From: Epithemia pelagica
Taxonomy: Eukaryota; Protista; Bacillariophyta
Assembly (NCBI GenBank): GCA_946965045.2
Contig: OX337231.1
Location: 1,178,001 to 1,242,000, forward strand
DNA length: 64,000 nt
Direction of reading: 5' to 3'
Within the stretch, counting starts at the first letter, position 1. Each line of letters starts with the position of its first letter. A program made the translations under genes and the position numbers. Positions 33,029 through 44,118 of the stretch are shown piece after piece. The notes under the pieces were generated by a model. It did not search any database. It was not told where the DNA came from and saw only the letters and a program-made list of their open reading frames with translations.

Positions 33029-34091
33029 TTACCCCCAAGCAGGGGTGAGTGAGTCCCGCGTGATCGAGTACGCTATCACGAACCATCTCCATTCATTGTC
33101 ATGTTCCACGTCGTTGTCAGATCGACCAAGGGTGAAAAGTGCGACGACAGGAACAACTGCCATGGTAAAGAAAGGAAGGTAAGCATGCGAAAGCACAGTA
33201 GGACCAATGTACAAGTGAGGTCGGCTTACGGAGTGTTCCACCAGTCCAAAAATACTCGATCATCAGTAAATCTCTTCCTCGATGTGACGTTGGGACAAAT
33301 TCGGCCAATGTGTCGAAGGGTACAGTTACGCCTCCGACACCGAATCCAACCATGAATCGGCAAAATATCAAACTCCACAAATTGTTGGTGAACGCAGTTG
33401 CAAAACCAAAGACACAAATTATGGCAGCGGTCATGGAAAAGACAGGCTTGCGTCCGAAATGGTCACCCAAATAGCCGGAGATGAGTGTTCCAGTACTAGC
33501 CCCAAGAAACACTGCACTCGTGATACTGGCAGTTTCTTCGTCGGTCAAACTCCACTGCGCTTGGAAAACAACAGCCAGAAAGCTCAGCAACAAAACTTCC
33601 ATAGCATCGGCCGCAAAGCAAAGGCCAGCAGCCACCAAAATGAGCCACTGAAAGATACCCATACCAAGCTTCTCAATCGCATCGTCGATCGAAATCCTCA
33701 GGTCGTCGCCATTGTCGTCGCTTTGAGGAAGGATTTGTGGTTTGGCATCTGTCACATGACTTGAAATTGATTCCAGAGCAGCGTTTTTGACCGAACGAAC
33801 CGCACCTTGAAGATCTCCTGTGGAATCAAGGGGGGAATCAAGTGCATTTAGGCCAACACTGACCGATGAGTGCTCCTGGTTTTTCGTTATATCCGCTGAC
33901 GCTGTAGAGGTGTTAGAGTTTTCTTGCGATGCCGTTGGTCGTTTCTCCGATGGCAAGTCAAGATCAGATGCTGATGATGACAACATCTTCCATTGTTGTC
34001 TCTGATAGCTTTCATATCTTTGATCTTTATCATAGGAGCCATCGTCGTCAGTAGGGAAATCGGTGAGATTTGTGGAACTGGAACTTGACAT
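33029..34091 (-). pseudogene. 3'-truncated MFS transporter (SV2/sugar-porter-like)
   Basis: ADAMEVLLLSFL, GYLGDHFGRKP, CRFMVGFGVGG, AEFVP..HRG; intron 33157-33229. Similarity ends after WRWFVIA (~33070), so only the N-terminal half is present. Confidence 0.8.
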
Positions 34092-34693
34092 GAAGACAAC
34101 AACAAACGGGTGTTCTCAATGGATATACTTGCAATGTGTCTGCTTCATTCTGCATCTATCGGAAATCGGAAGACGGACTCATTCAGTATCCCCCAGCGAG
34201 GGTATATCTGACCTTGAAATACAGAAACTTTTTCCTGAAATTTACCCCCGCTTGGGGTTAAGCAAAATAAGTTTGATCCCTGGATACACTCTCTAGCGGT
34301 AGCATCGGTATCTAGAGTAAAAACGTGAATGAATCGCCATGACTTTCGATATCCGAGGGAGTAGGCTCATCAGTTCCTACCCCTCCTACCCAAGAACAAA
34401 CAATGGAAGGGACGGACCTGCAACGGTAATGGGCGACGACGAAGAGCAAGCACAAAGTTCATCAGCAGATGCTTTAACTGTTGACTTAGATGATTTGTTG
34501 AGAATGCCTGAGACTCCCGTCGTCTCAACACCTTGAACCCCCAAAGGAAGCATTTGCATCTTCCGGCTTCCTCCGAGCAGTCCTTGGTTGAGCCTGCCAC
34601 GTTTCCGCGACAAGCTCGTCAGCGATTGGAAGCTTCAATCGACCCAACACAGCATGCCTTTTTCCAAACCTTCGCACTTCAATGAATGACTCT

Positions 34694-36331
34694 TCATGCC
34701 TGCAAATTGAAGATGAACTCGTCTGTTAGACGCATTTTGCATACACAGCTCGAAAAATCGTCAGCGAAATAGAAAGTGCAGCGATTGGCGTTTGGCGGAA
34801 CGCCATGACTTTGTCTTGGACCCCGGAAGTCGACAACAAGATACGCCTGTGTATCCACCTCACTGTATTTTCCAGCAAAACGCGACAGATGATCGCCAAT
34901 TTGTCTTCCCTCCACTAACAATTCAATAGACCATTTCAAGTTGCTGTTGATGTAAAAGTCAAGCTCACCAGTTACCACTTTTCCATTGATTATGGCCTTC
35001 GTATTGAGTTCTGGAATCAATGTATGCACAACAGGCAGGAGCTTGTTTGCAGCCTCATTGAAGAGTTGTTGGAATACGGCTTCTTTCGGAAAATTTCCCT
35101 GGTCCCTTGAAACTGATATCCTCCGTTTCGACATGGACTTGACGGCTTCGACGACAAGCCATTCTAGGGATTCCGGCGGATCAATCGCCCGACCTGGAAA
35201 GAAATGGGTGTTGTAGTACAGATTAGCAGCCATACATGAGAATCCGCCGTACTTGTTAAATAATCCTTTCCTTACGTATCGAAAGGATAACTCCGACGAT
35301 AACACCTCAACTTTCGCAATCTCGGATTGAATCAAGCGATTGGCAATTTCTTCCTTGGCATTAGATGGTAGAGTCTCCGGCTTAGTGAAGCAACGTTCAA
35401 GCTTGTTGACAAATGTCGGAGAACGTAAGGCAATTAGGGCCTCGTCTTCAGTATAGTCATCTCTCTTGCAATTGGGGCTCAAAAGGAACATGCCAGCCAT
35501 GATCACACCGGTGTGAAAGAGATCACCGTTGAGGGAGGCATAGCCGAGGAGAGCGTCGCGAAATTTTTCCCAATCCTTCATGCCTTGCCAATGCTGCGTA
35601 TGAAGGTGATAAAGTTCTTGTGCTTCTACGAGAGAGAAGTGGGGAGAGGCGTGATCGAGTCCTTCAAAATATGTAGGTGATGGGCCCAACGTCTCGTCGT
35701 AAGTCGTGGCAGCCACAATGATAAGCTTCTTATCCAAAGGATACTTGACGAGTGTCTTCAAGAGAAATGCCCAGAACTCGTCAAACTTTGGTCCATATGC
35801 ATTCTGGCACTCGTCGAACAAAATCCACACTTTATTTTTTCTTTCCTTGAATGCATCGACTGTCGCGATGCGGCTGGTCGAAATGGAATAGTAATTTCTC
35901 AATTCTTCCAAGATGGTAGAGATGGCCGCCTCGGTGCCGTACACATCAGCTTGGTACACTTCGTCGTCGCTACTCTGACGTATTTCATCCGCCAGTAATT
36001 CAAGAAGTGAGGATTTTCCCGTGCTCGGCGAGCCTCCGACGACGACACGGGTTCTGGAGGATGCAAGATCCAGGGTTTCCTTTACTCTGCCCGTCCGTTT
36101 CAAATGTGGGCTACCAAGGTCAATGCTGTCGATCTGCAGACCTGGTAGTTTTTGTCTTTTCGATGCCACCTTGATGGGGCGTCGGGATGACGTGGAGAAT
36201 GCAGCAGCACGGCCTCTTGCCGCCGTTCTTGTCGTCACAGAAGTTGTCCATGCATTCGGCCCGATCTTGAGGCTGCTACGACAGAATGTAGCAGTGACTT
36301 GTGCGAGGCGCTTCATCGTTACCGTTTCCAT
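34694..36331 (-). CDS. Chimeric 545-aa ORF: 2-hydroxyacid dehydrogenase presequence fused to a Crinkler(CRN)-type P-loop NTPase + PD-(D/E)xK nuclease
   Basis: The first 55 aa copy the dehydrogenase N-terminus. These are followed by GSPSTGKSSLL (Walker A), ILFDECQ (Walker B), EAVFQQLF...GELDFYIN..WSIELL and YLVVDFR. Confidence 0.75.
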   Translation of the reverse strand: METVTMKRLAQVTATFCRSSLKIGPNAWTTSVTTRTAARGRAAAFSTSSRRPIKVASKRQKLPGLQIDSIDLGSPHLKRTGRVKETLDLASSRTRVVVGGSPSTGKSSLLELLADEIRQSSDDEVYQADVYGTEAAISTILEELRNYYSISTSRIATVDAFKERKNKVWILFDECQNAYGPKFDEFWAFLLKTLVKYPLDKKLIIVAATTYDETLGPSPTYFEGLDHASPHFSLVEAQELYHLHTQHWQGMKDWEKFRDALLGYASLNGDLFHTGVIMAGMFLLSPNCKRDDYTEDEALIALRSPTFVNKLERCFTKPETLPSNAKEEIANRLIQSEIAKVEVLSSELSFRYVRKGLFNKYGGFSCMAANLYYNTHFFPGRAIDPPESLEWLVVEAVKSMSKRRISVSRDQGNFPKEAVFQQLFNEAANKLLPVVHTLIPELNTKAIINGKVVTGELDFYINSNLKWSIELLVEGRQIGDHLSRFAGKYSEVDTQAYLVVDFRGPRQSHGVPPNANRCTFYFADDFSSCVCKMRLTDEFIFNLQA

Positions 36332-37470
36332 TCTTCTGCTCTCATGAGAAGCATATGAGATGTAATGATGATGATTATGACATCGATGATGCGTGTGGCT
36401 TGAAAAAAATGTCATAATGCGCGACCGACGCGACCGGCCCAAACGGCAGCGACACATTGGAGCCCATTGTTGCCCATTGTGCGGCATATGTTCCCTACAA
36501 TACGACGTTGGCGTTGTGACTATCTCTTCCGCGATGATATGTGTGTAAGTCACACAGAGCCACCATGGTAACGTTAATGTTGATTGACTGTGAGCGGAAT
36601 GATAACGAGAAGCAATATGGAAGCAACAGAAGCACCAAAACACAACAAGAGCAGCCTCGCTTGTGACTGACAGTCGACCAAAATACTCAATGCTCGTTTA
36701 CGTCAAGAGCAGTCTTTCGATCCAATAAGCCTCAAAAGGCAGTGTATCAGATTTATGGGTGTGAAGAACAAGAACGAGATGGACCTCGCACAGCGAACGC
36801 AACAACACCTACATTACGCTGCAAGACTTCGTGGCACCGCTTTTGGGCTGCACTAGGAAGCGAACCAATGGGTTCAGTAAGAAGAAGAGCGGGCGAATAT
36901 GTCGTATATGACGCCTGGTCCCAGCTACAAACGCTACCGTTTCAAGCAGTTTTGGGAGGCTTTCTCCGAATTCAGGAGCCGCTATGGTGGGAGGCAAGGC
37001 TACCACCACATACGGAACGAAAAAATTCATCATTGGTTCGTGTTGCTACAGAAGTAAGGGAGGATTGGGAACCAAACGAGGATATAGATCCTGCTCGATT
37101 CTTACTGTTTTCGTTTCTATGGAAAGAAGGCATTGTTCGAATGTGCAGAAATTGGATTAGGTAACGTTCACATGTCTTCCCAAAATGTGCTGTTTGGACA
37201 CGGAATTATACTTGGACTCCTGGGGTGATGGCAAACAATGTTTGGTTTCGGCAAGCAGCAACTCGGATATGTGTTTGCAGACCGTAGGTTCGATTCATTG
37301 TAGCGAGATGAAATACTGGTGCAGTTGTCTGCAACAAACCATTCTCCCATTTGTTGAAAGAACTTGAGCTTGTCCACTTTCGATTCCGTCCAACTCATGT
37401 GGAATATTAAAGGGTGGACCTCGCCCTTTACAAACTTCTTCATGTAATCGCGATGATGATGGAACGTGCA
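36166..37470. repeat. Segmental duplication unit A, copy 2
   Basis: Matches 31375-32677. Confidence 0.95.
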
Positions 37471-39072
37471 GCCACCGGGGAAATATTCTTCATCCACGGA
37501 GTAGACTTTGATTTTGAGTGCATAAAGACTAGCATGTTCTTGCAGAAGTGCGTGTAAGGCAGATTGATGACTCCGTCTCATGAGAATTTCATCTCCCATC
37601 ATCAAAAACGAATTGAAAAAATGAACAGTTCGTCGGTTGTTGCGAACATAGTAAAAGCCCGTATTCGCAGAGTAGGTTCGATACATCATACGATTACCGT
37701 CATCTTGAAAGTACATATCGAAAGAAGCATCCGGTCGACTTGTGTTGTGGAAGAAGTCCAGAGGATTTTGATACCAAACCATATCCACATCTTGGAAAAG
37801 AACATCATATCCCAGAAGCACAGGTAGATGAACACAATAAACCTTGGCCAGCATCATTTTGGAGTAGGTTTCGTCACCATAGGTACCAGCAGCCTGAGTA
37901 GGCATGTCCGCAAACGTGTTCTTCAGGTAGACAACGGTAGGACCTCCGACTTGCGTTACAATGTCTGCAGTTTCTTGATCAGTGGCAAACACGACGATCG
38001 AAGAGAGGTCAAGACCGCGACGTTTGGAGGAGCAAAAGAAGTTCAACAACAGCTCGGATTGCCCAAAGTTGCACACCATTACCACGACGGTTTTTCGCAT
38101 GGCGACCTTTTCGAAAAGTGGGCGAAGAAAGTCCAATGTTTTCTCAAGATCTCCGAGGTACTTTTGCAAATGACGCCAATGCTGGCTTGTTGTTACCGGG
38201 AACGGGGGAGCCACAAACCTTGTCCTTCCATTTGCATCTCTGTTCGCAAGAACAAGAGGATGTGATGGATCCAACTTGTCTTCTTCGTCTGGTAGCCGCA
38301 TGTACTTTTGAATGTGATAGGCCTCATGCTGTCCCAAAATGGCCATGCATTGCCTTCTCTCACCACTATGATCCTGCAACACAATGTGGAGAAAGTCACA
38401 ATTGGCTGTCGCATCTTCTGCCGATACGACGGGTATCCCAGTCTGGGACATGGCCTCCTTCTTTAGAGTAGGGTTCGATGGCATGGCATTGCTATTCGAA
38501 TACATGAGGAGAACCTCATTGTTGTTAGAGTCCGAATGATCCAGAGGAACTCCCAAATCAAACTTTTTGGTAAACTCATCACGATCAACCTTTGTCATTC
38601 CTACCACCAGATTGTGCATGCCGTCGGGAAATCTCGGATCGGGATCTTTTTCAACTGCTGCTTGACCTCGTATATGCTTGGTCTGGACTTTTGAGTCGGC
38701 GGCATTGGAGTCATCCTTTGTTTCTTGGTGCTTTCCAAACGTTGTAGTATTCCTTAGTTCTCGTGTAATCTGTTCCCGAAGTTCTTGTGTGATCTGTTCT
38801 CGAAGTTCTTGCGTGATCTGCTCTCGAAGCGAGGCAGTTTTCTTCTGGACCTCTTGTTGAACCATGTGGTCCACTTGCAAGGAAGAAAAGCACTCGGATT
38901 CAATCGTTGGTGGACTTGGCGGCGCACTGATAGATCGATCAAACGCAGCAAAGAATGATCCGTTCAAGACCATGACAGAACAGGTCAAGACCATGAGAAT
39001 CACAAAAGTCGGTCCTTTGGAAGACAACCATGACGCGGATCGGTTCCATGATGCTGGTGGGGGCAGTGTCAT
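37168..39072 (-). CDS. Nucleotide-diphospho-sugar transferase (GT77-like), paralog 2
   Basis: Clearly similar to 27075-28907; VLFQDVDMVW; N-terminal transmembrane helix; short REQITQEL x3 repeat. Confidence 0.85.
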   Translation of the reverse strand: MTLPPPASWNRSASWLSSKGPTFVILMVLTCSVMVLNGSFFAAFDRSISAPPSPPTIESECFSSLQVDHMVQQEVQKKTASLREQITQELREQITQELREQITRELRNTTTFGKHQETKDDSNAADSKVQTKHIRGQAAVEKDPDPRFPDGMHNLVVGMTKVDRDEFTKKFDLGVPLDHSDSNNNEVLLMYSNSNAMPSNPTLKKEAMSQTGIPVVSAEDATANCDFLHIVLQDHSGERRQCMAILGQHEAYHIQKYMRLPDEEDKLDPSHPLVLANRDANGRTRFVAPPFPVTTSQHWRHLQKYLGDLEKTLDFLRPLFEKVAMRKTVVVMVCNFGQSELLLNFFCSSKRRGLDLSSIVVFATDQETADIVTQVGGPTVVYLKNTFADMPTQAAGTYGDETYSKMMLAKVYCVHLPVLLGYDVLFQDVDMVWYQNPLDFFHNTSRPDASFDMYFQDDGNRMMYRTYSANTGFYYVRNNRRTVHFFNSFLMMGDEILMRRSHQSALHALLQEHASLYALKIKVYSVDEEYFPGGCTFHHHRDYMKKFVKGEVHPLIFHMSWTESKVDKLKFFQQMGEWFVADNCTSISSRYNESNLRSANTYPSCCLPKPNIVCHHPRSPSIIPCPNSTFWEDM

Positions 39073-39673
39073 TGTGGAATACAGTAACAGAACAAAGGTC
39101 CAAACCTTGTTTCACGCGGACAATCAAGAAAAAATGAGAGAGGTTTCTGGTGTCTTTCGCGTGAAGAGGAATTATTCGTTTCGTGATTCGTGATACTCTG
39201 CATGCGTCACGCCAGCCCGTCTTTCATTGGGATACATAATACATAGCCATGAGAAATGATCCATCTCCACGTGACTGGGCGGGAACGCTACGGTTACATG
39301 GGAGGGCACATTCATGTGCAAGGACCATGCGGGAATTGCGCGCGCACGTAAGAAAATGATGGGAGTGCGTCCGGGGGGATGCTCCCCCAAGATGTCGGTT
39401 GATGTAAATGTCGGTTGTTGTTGTCCGTACACAAAGTCATATGGTCAGTGTATCTTTCTTATGAGAAATCTGGTGTGACAAAGATCGGCATCTTTCATCG
39501 GCGTGGCATCTGCTCTCTGCTCTCAAGTTCGACAGAGGTACTCTTCAAAAGTGTTCTGCCAACATCTTTTCTTCTCTCCTTTTGGTCGGTGTTCTCTTGA
39601 CTGCCTGTTTCCCTCAGTCGAATCAGTTCTCCATTGGACAGATTATCTCATTCGACGTCTTGGGCGCAACACG

Positions 39674-40495
39674 ATGATGACCATGATGATCTGTCTTCGA
39701 CAATTGCTCGTGGTCGCTTGGATGCTTCCCATCGTATCGAATGCCTTTGTTCTTTCGCCACTGGCACAAACGACCCCCAACAACCAGTTCTCGTTACATA
39801 TGGTACGCCGCATAGAAATGCTTCTTTCTTGGTCGACGCGAAAGGCACAGTTGGACGACCTTCCATCGAGTCTCACAAGTGCTTTGTTTGTTTGTTGGTT
39901 CTCTCGTTCGTTTGGTCAGGCGGCCGAGTCGGAAGTTTCCTTTGACGGCGATTTGGATGGCAGCAAAATGCGTATTGGAATCATCCGAACACGATGGAAC
40001 AATGAATATGTGGACAAGCTAGTGGCCGGTATCAAAGAAGGATGCGGTGCTTGCAAAGTGAGTGAAGAAAACATTTTTGAAACCAGCGTTCCGGGATCCT
40101 TTGAATTGCCCTTGGCGGCCAAGTTTTTGGCCTTGAGTGGAACTGTCGATGCTATTGTTTGTTGTGGTGTCTTGATCAAGGGCGAAACCATGCATTTTGA
40201 ATACATTGCCGATGCCGTGGCCAAGGGATTGATGAACATTGGCATTCAAACGACAACACCAATTGTTTTGGGAGTCTTGACCTGTTTGAACGAGGAACAA
40301 GTCGCGGCACGAAGTGGTGGCAAGCACAATCATGGCATTGATTGGGGCAAAACAGCGGTCGAAATGGCCTTGCTTCGAACAGAAGCCTTGGGCGGCAAGG
40401 CTTCTGATCAATCCAACTTGTCCAGTATGGGGTTCGGCGTTCCGGAACCCTTGTCCGACGAAAATGCCAAAAAGAAGACGTCCACATTCTTCTAA
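39674..40495 (+). CDS. ribH: 6,7-dimethyl-8-ribityllumazine synthase, probably plastid-targeted
   Basis: RIGIIRTRWN, VPGSFELP, GVLIKGETMHFEYI, GVLTCLNEEQ. Signal peptide with a cleavage-site Phe (SNA-FVL). In-frame intron 39803-39919. Confidence 0.95.
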   Translation: MMTMMICLRQLLVVAWMLPIVSNAFVLSPLAQTTPNNQFSLHMVRRIEMLLSWSTRKAQLDDLPSSLTSALFVCWFSRSFGQAAESEVSFDGDLDGSKMRIGIIRTRWNNEYVDKLVAGIKEGCGACKVSEENIFETSVPGSFELPLAAKFLALSGTVDAIVCCGVLIKGETMHFEYIADAVAKGLMNIGIQTTTPIVLGVLTCLNEEQVAARSGGKHNHGIDWGKTAVEMALLRTEALGGKASDQSNLSSMGFGVPEPLSDENAKKKTSTFF

Positions 40496-40806
40496 GTGGC
40501 ACAGTCAAAGAAGAGTTTCCAATATGCTATTCCATCCCAAGCGATTTACATTGTAGAGCGTTTCTTTCAGCGTTCCCCATGACCATACCGCATTTTCTAT
40601 CCTCGTACAGATTAAACAATAGATGTGTATCGGTGTTCGAAGTTAATATGGTCGTTATTCTGAATTTGAGCTTTTACTGTTGCGAAGAGTTGTCCAATCA
40701 ATCATCTCAAGAAGGGACTGCCGACCGACTAATGAATGACGAGAAGGCAAGAACAAAACAATGCCTCTTCTGCTGTGTTTCTATAAGGTGTTTTGTTCTG
40801 TTTACG

Positions 40807-41600
40807 TCACCACACAGTACTGCCAAGTGTTTCAATGACATTCATCGACACCTCAATGACATTCATCGAAACCACTTCCTTTGACGGAGCCGGGGTATGT
40901 TGTTCCCTTTTGTTGTCTTCGTCACACCCCTTCGGGACAACCGAATCAGGTCCGACGTCCGACAATTCCAAAGGCATCAACAGAAACCGCACGATGGTTG
41001 AAATGAGAGAAAGAGTCCTGAGACGTTCCGTTTGAAGCTCGTGACTAGTGCTTAGAACGAGGCAAAACCTTCCTTTTCCATGTCGAGCACTGTCCGGATG
41101 ACCACGCTGGCAGATTGATTTCAGATTCTCCTTCATGGAAGGAATATCGTTTGAAAGGGTATGGGTTCCGATACGAATGGGACCCATCATTTTCTTGAGT
41201 CCAAGATGTCCAGAGTGAGGTGTTGCTCCTAGTATATTGAAAACGCAGCGAATCTCTAAGATCCTGTCGTTCCGTACTTTCTGAAAGCAACGTGCCATAT
41301 CATCCTCCAATGGCGTACTGAGAGGGACCTTTACCAGCAGATGCATCAACTTGTTCCTCGCACGCCAATTTGACTCCAGAAATCGACGCAGCAAGGACCA
41401 GGATGGGCGAAATAAATTCTCGACGGACAGCCTTCTTCCAACGGATCATACAACATACAATTTGTGTCGATTCTTGAGGTCTTGAATTGTGTGTTCTCAT
41501 ACTTTGCTGTCTTCGTCGATAGATGAAGGCAGGGGGAAGAAACTGTCCTGAACGTCCTCTGCCACCGTGATCATCTCCTTGACACCCGCATATTCTAGCG
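40807..41600 (-). pseudogene. Degenerate coding remnant of unknown family
   Basis: A 195-aa ORF without an ATG start, preceded upstream by protein-like sequence with stops. Confidence 0.25.
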
Positions 41601-42158
41601 CTTCAATTTCCGTAACATCAGAAGATTCTTTCTGTGTTGCTTTCACAAATTGTCATTGATTTTATGTTTCCCGTCCCTGTCTGAATATAAGAAATAGTGG
41701 ATATCACTCAGTTAAGTCCACTTCTGCTTCGCTTCGTTTTGTGGATGAAATTCATAGCCAAAGCTGTGCGGCGTGTGTAGACGGCACTACGGAGGAAAAA
41801 CGTCCATACTTGATCGAAAATGAAATGAGACGGTCGTTGGTCCGTGTATTGTATTCATCATCAGTCAACGTGACTCCATTGCTGAGCTTGAGCCGTAAGT
41901 CGTCGTTTCAAAGTCAAAAGTGTGGCGTCCCAAGCTCAAGGTTCCGTCGTCGAGTAATACGTCGCGGTCCCTCTCGCGCGCGACTGGCCGTCAAACGTCA
42001 AACTCCAAACCAAAGACGAGACACCAAGAAGATTTTCGACGAGAATAGCAACAACCAAAACCACTCGCACTCGCACCTTTGCACGTCTCCTTTGGTCACC
42101 CTTGCACCTTGCACCCACAGCATAGAATTCTGATCTAGAACAACACGACGACAAGACC

Positions 42159-43005
42159 ATGACGGCGGAATCCGCACCAATCACCTCCGAATCCACGGCG
42201 ACGACAACAACAACCACAGTGGCAGCCACGGAAACGCCGGCTGAAACAACCAACACCAACAACGACGAGTCTCCGTTTCTCCTCTTGGAAGCGGTGCGTT
42301 CCTATTTGAATGCCTCGGAGTTGAGTCATCAAGTCAAAGAGATGCCGAGTCCGAGTGGTCGTCGATCGGTGCTCATTACCTTAACATTGACGGGTACACA
42401 TTCGTCCTACAAAACCTATCTGGACCTCAAGGAAGCCGAACAACGTTTTTCTGTGTACATTGATACTCCCGTCAAAATCCCTCTTGCCCAACGACCGGCT
42501 GCCTGCGAATATCTCATGCGTGTGGTAAGTAGAGGAGATGTTTAATTACTATGATTATTTGAGGACGATGCGTGGCGCGACAATGTGAAGTGACAGACGC
42601 AAACACAACGAACCATGTGGAACTTTCGCGTGATTGTTTTGCATCTCATGTCTTGTGTGGTGATTGTAATGTCTTGGTTGTTATTTCTCGTTTTTTGTCT
42701 GTACTACCTAGAATTATTCTTTGGCATTGGGCAATTTTGAATTGGATTTTCGCGATGGCGAAGTCCGCTATCGCTGTGCGATTGATGTGGAAGGATGTCC
42801 TCGGTTGAGTCGGGAAATGATTCGCACCAATATCATGGTCTCGGCTGCCACGACCGACCGGTTCTTTCCTGGACTCATGGCGGTCGTCTTTGCGCACAAA
42901 CCACCCGTGGCGGCCTACGAAAAGTGTCGGGCACCCCAGGCCTCGTCGACGAGCAGTGCGGATCGGCAGGACAGTATTCCCGTCCAAACTACCACGGCAC
43001 AATAG
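42159..43005 (+). CDS. YbjN-like (T3SS-chaperone-fold) domain protein
   Basis: Intron 42525-42711 yields CEYLMRV|NYSLALGNFELDFRDGEVRYR, the motif typical of YbjN proteins. Confidence 0.75.
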
Positions 43006-44118
43006 GAAATACAAGCAACACGTTTCAGTGTTTCATGGGAGCTGAATCATGAGTGGTTGGTGTATGTTTGATACGGTATTGTAAGGATGAACTCTTTCTC
43101 TAGAAGGAGAGAGTTTCGACGACGACTTGGAGGAGAATTCCGTTGTCTTTGTTGTGACAGTTGGTCGTCCCTTGGGACAATCGGTTCTTTTGTCGTCATT
43201 TTCTTTGAAGTACTGTTTTCTTTGGCTCGTGCCAAACCCCAAGACTCTTTCATTAACTAGGAAAAGCTTGGTCCATTTTCAATGTATTCTCTTTCCTTGC
43301 GAGCTCATATGTGGATGATAATCACCATCCATCTCAGGATCATGCTGAATCTTATTTCTTCTTCCCCGTAGTTAATTGTTCAATCGATTTCCAGAGTCTT
43401 CTCTTCACAAATTGTAGTACGTTCCAGCATTCTATTCGCCCCCAGTGAATGGTCATGTGTAAAAGCGGAGCAACCTTGTCCCTTGTATTCGTACTGTCAT
43501 GAGACAGAGACCTAGAGCCGATCACCTTGAACGGCAGAATCTAGTCGGAATGGGACCATGTCGATAAAGGGCCGATAGTCAAGCATTGCTATCCATCAGT
43601 CACAGAGCTAAAGTAGCCGCGGATCATAGCAGTGAAGTTGGATGGTGTCTGGAAGCGCTTTCACACACAAGTGTTTTCCACCACCTGTCATCCGAGGAGT
43701 GTCTACGACGGGGTCATTTGGCAATGTAGATTCTGCTATTTCTGAAATATTGTTGAACCAGTCATCAAAATTCCGATATTGAACAATAACGATGCAGATT
43801 CCCGATTCATCGCTTTCGACCCAAAGCAAACGACATGCTCCATACCCATTACCTTTGGGGAATACGGAATGAAAAAGAGCTGACGCGACAAAATGTGGCC
43901 GAGAGCCTCCGCCAAAAGATTTGGATGGTGACCCGGCTTGGTCACGTGTCACTCAGCTACACGATGAAATACGGATAATGGCATGAGTCCCGTTACGGAC
44001 CGTTACGCGAGGCCTCGTTTGATCATTGTATTGTAGATTGTAGCTTTACCAATCGCGCCACATGCTCTCACTTTTTGGAAGATCCTCAACACCGATCTCA
44101 ATTCCCAATCCAACGAGT

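Noticed and set aside
34339-34690. Short ORFs between the MFS fragment and the Crinkler-like gene
   Set aside because: They are short with no recognisable motifs; a gene remnant cannot be supported.
36332-36643. N-terminal MFWCFCC... extension of the 649-aa ORF
   Set aside because: It is upstream sequence of the dehydrogenase gene. In copy 1 the same stretch is not in frame with the gene, so ATG 36331 is the likely start.
43608-43952. 114-aa ORF, and similarly 46499-46789
   Set aside because: No motif, splice or paralog support.
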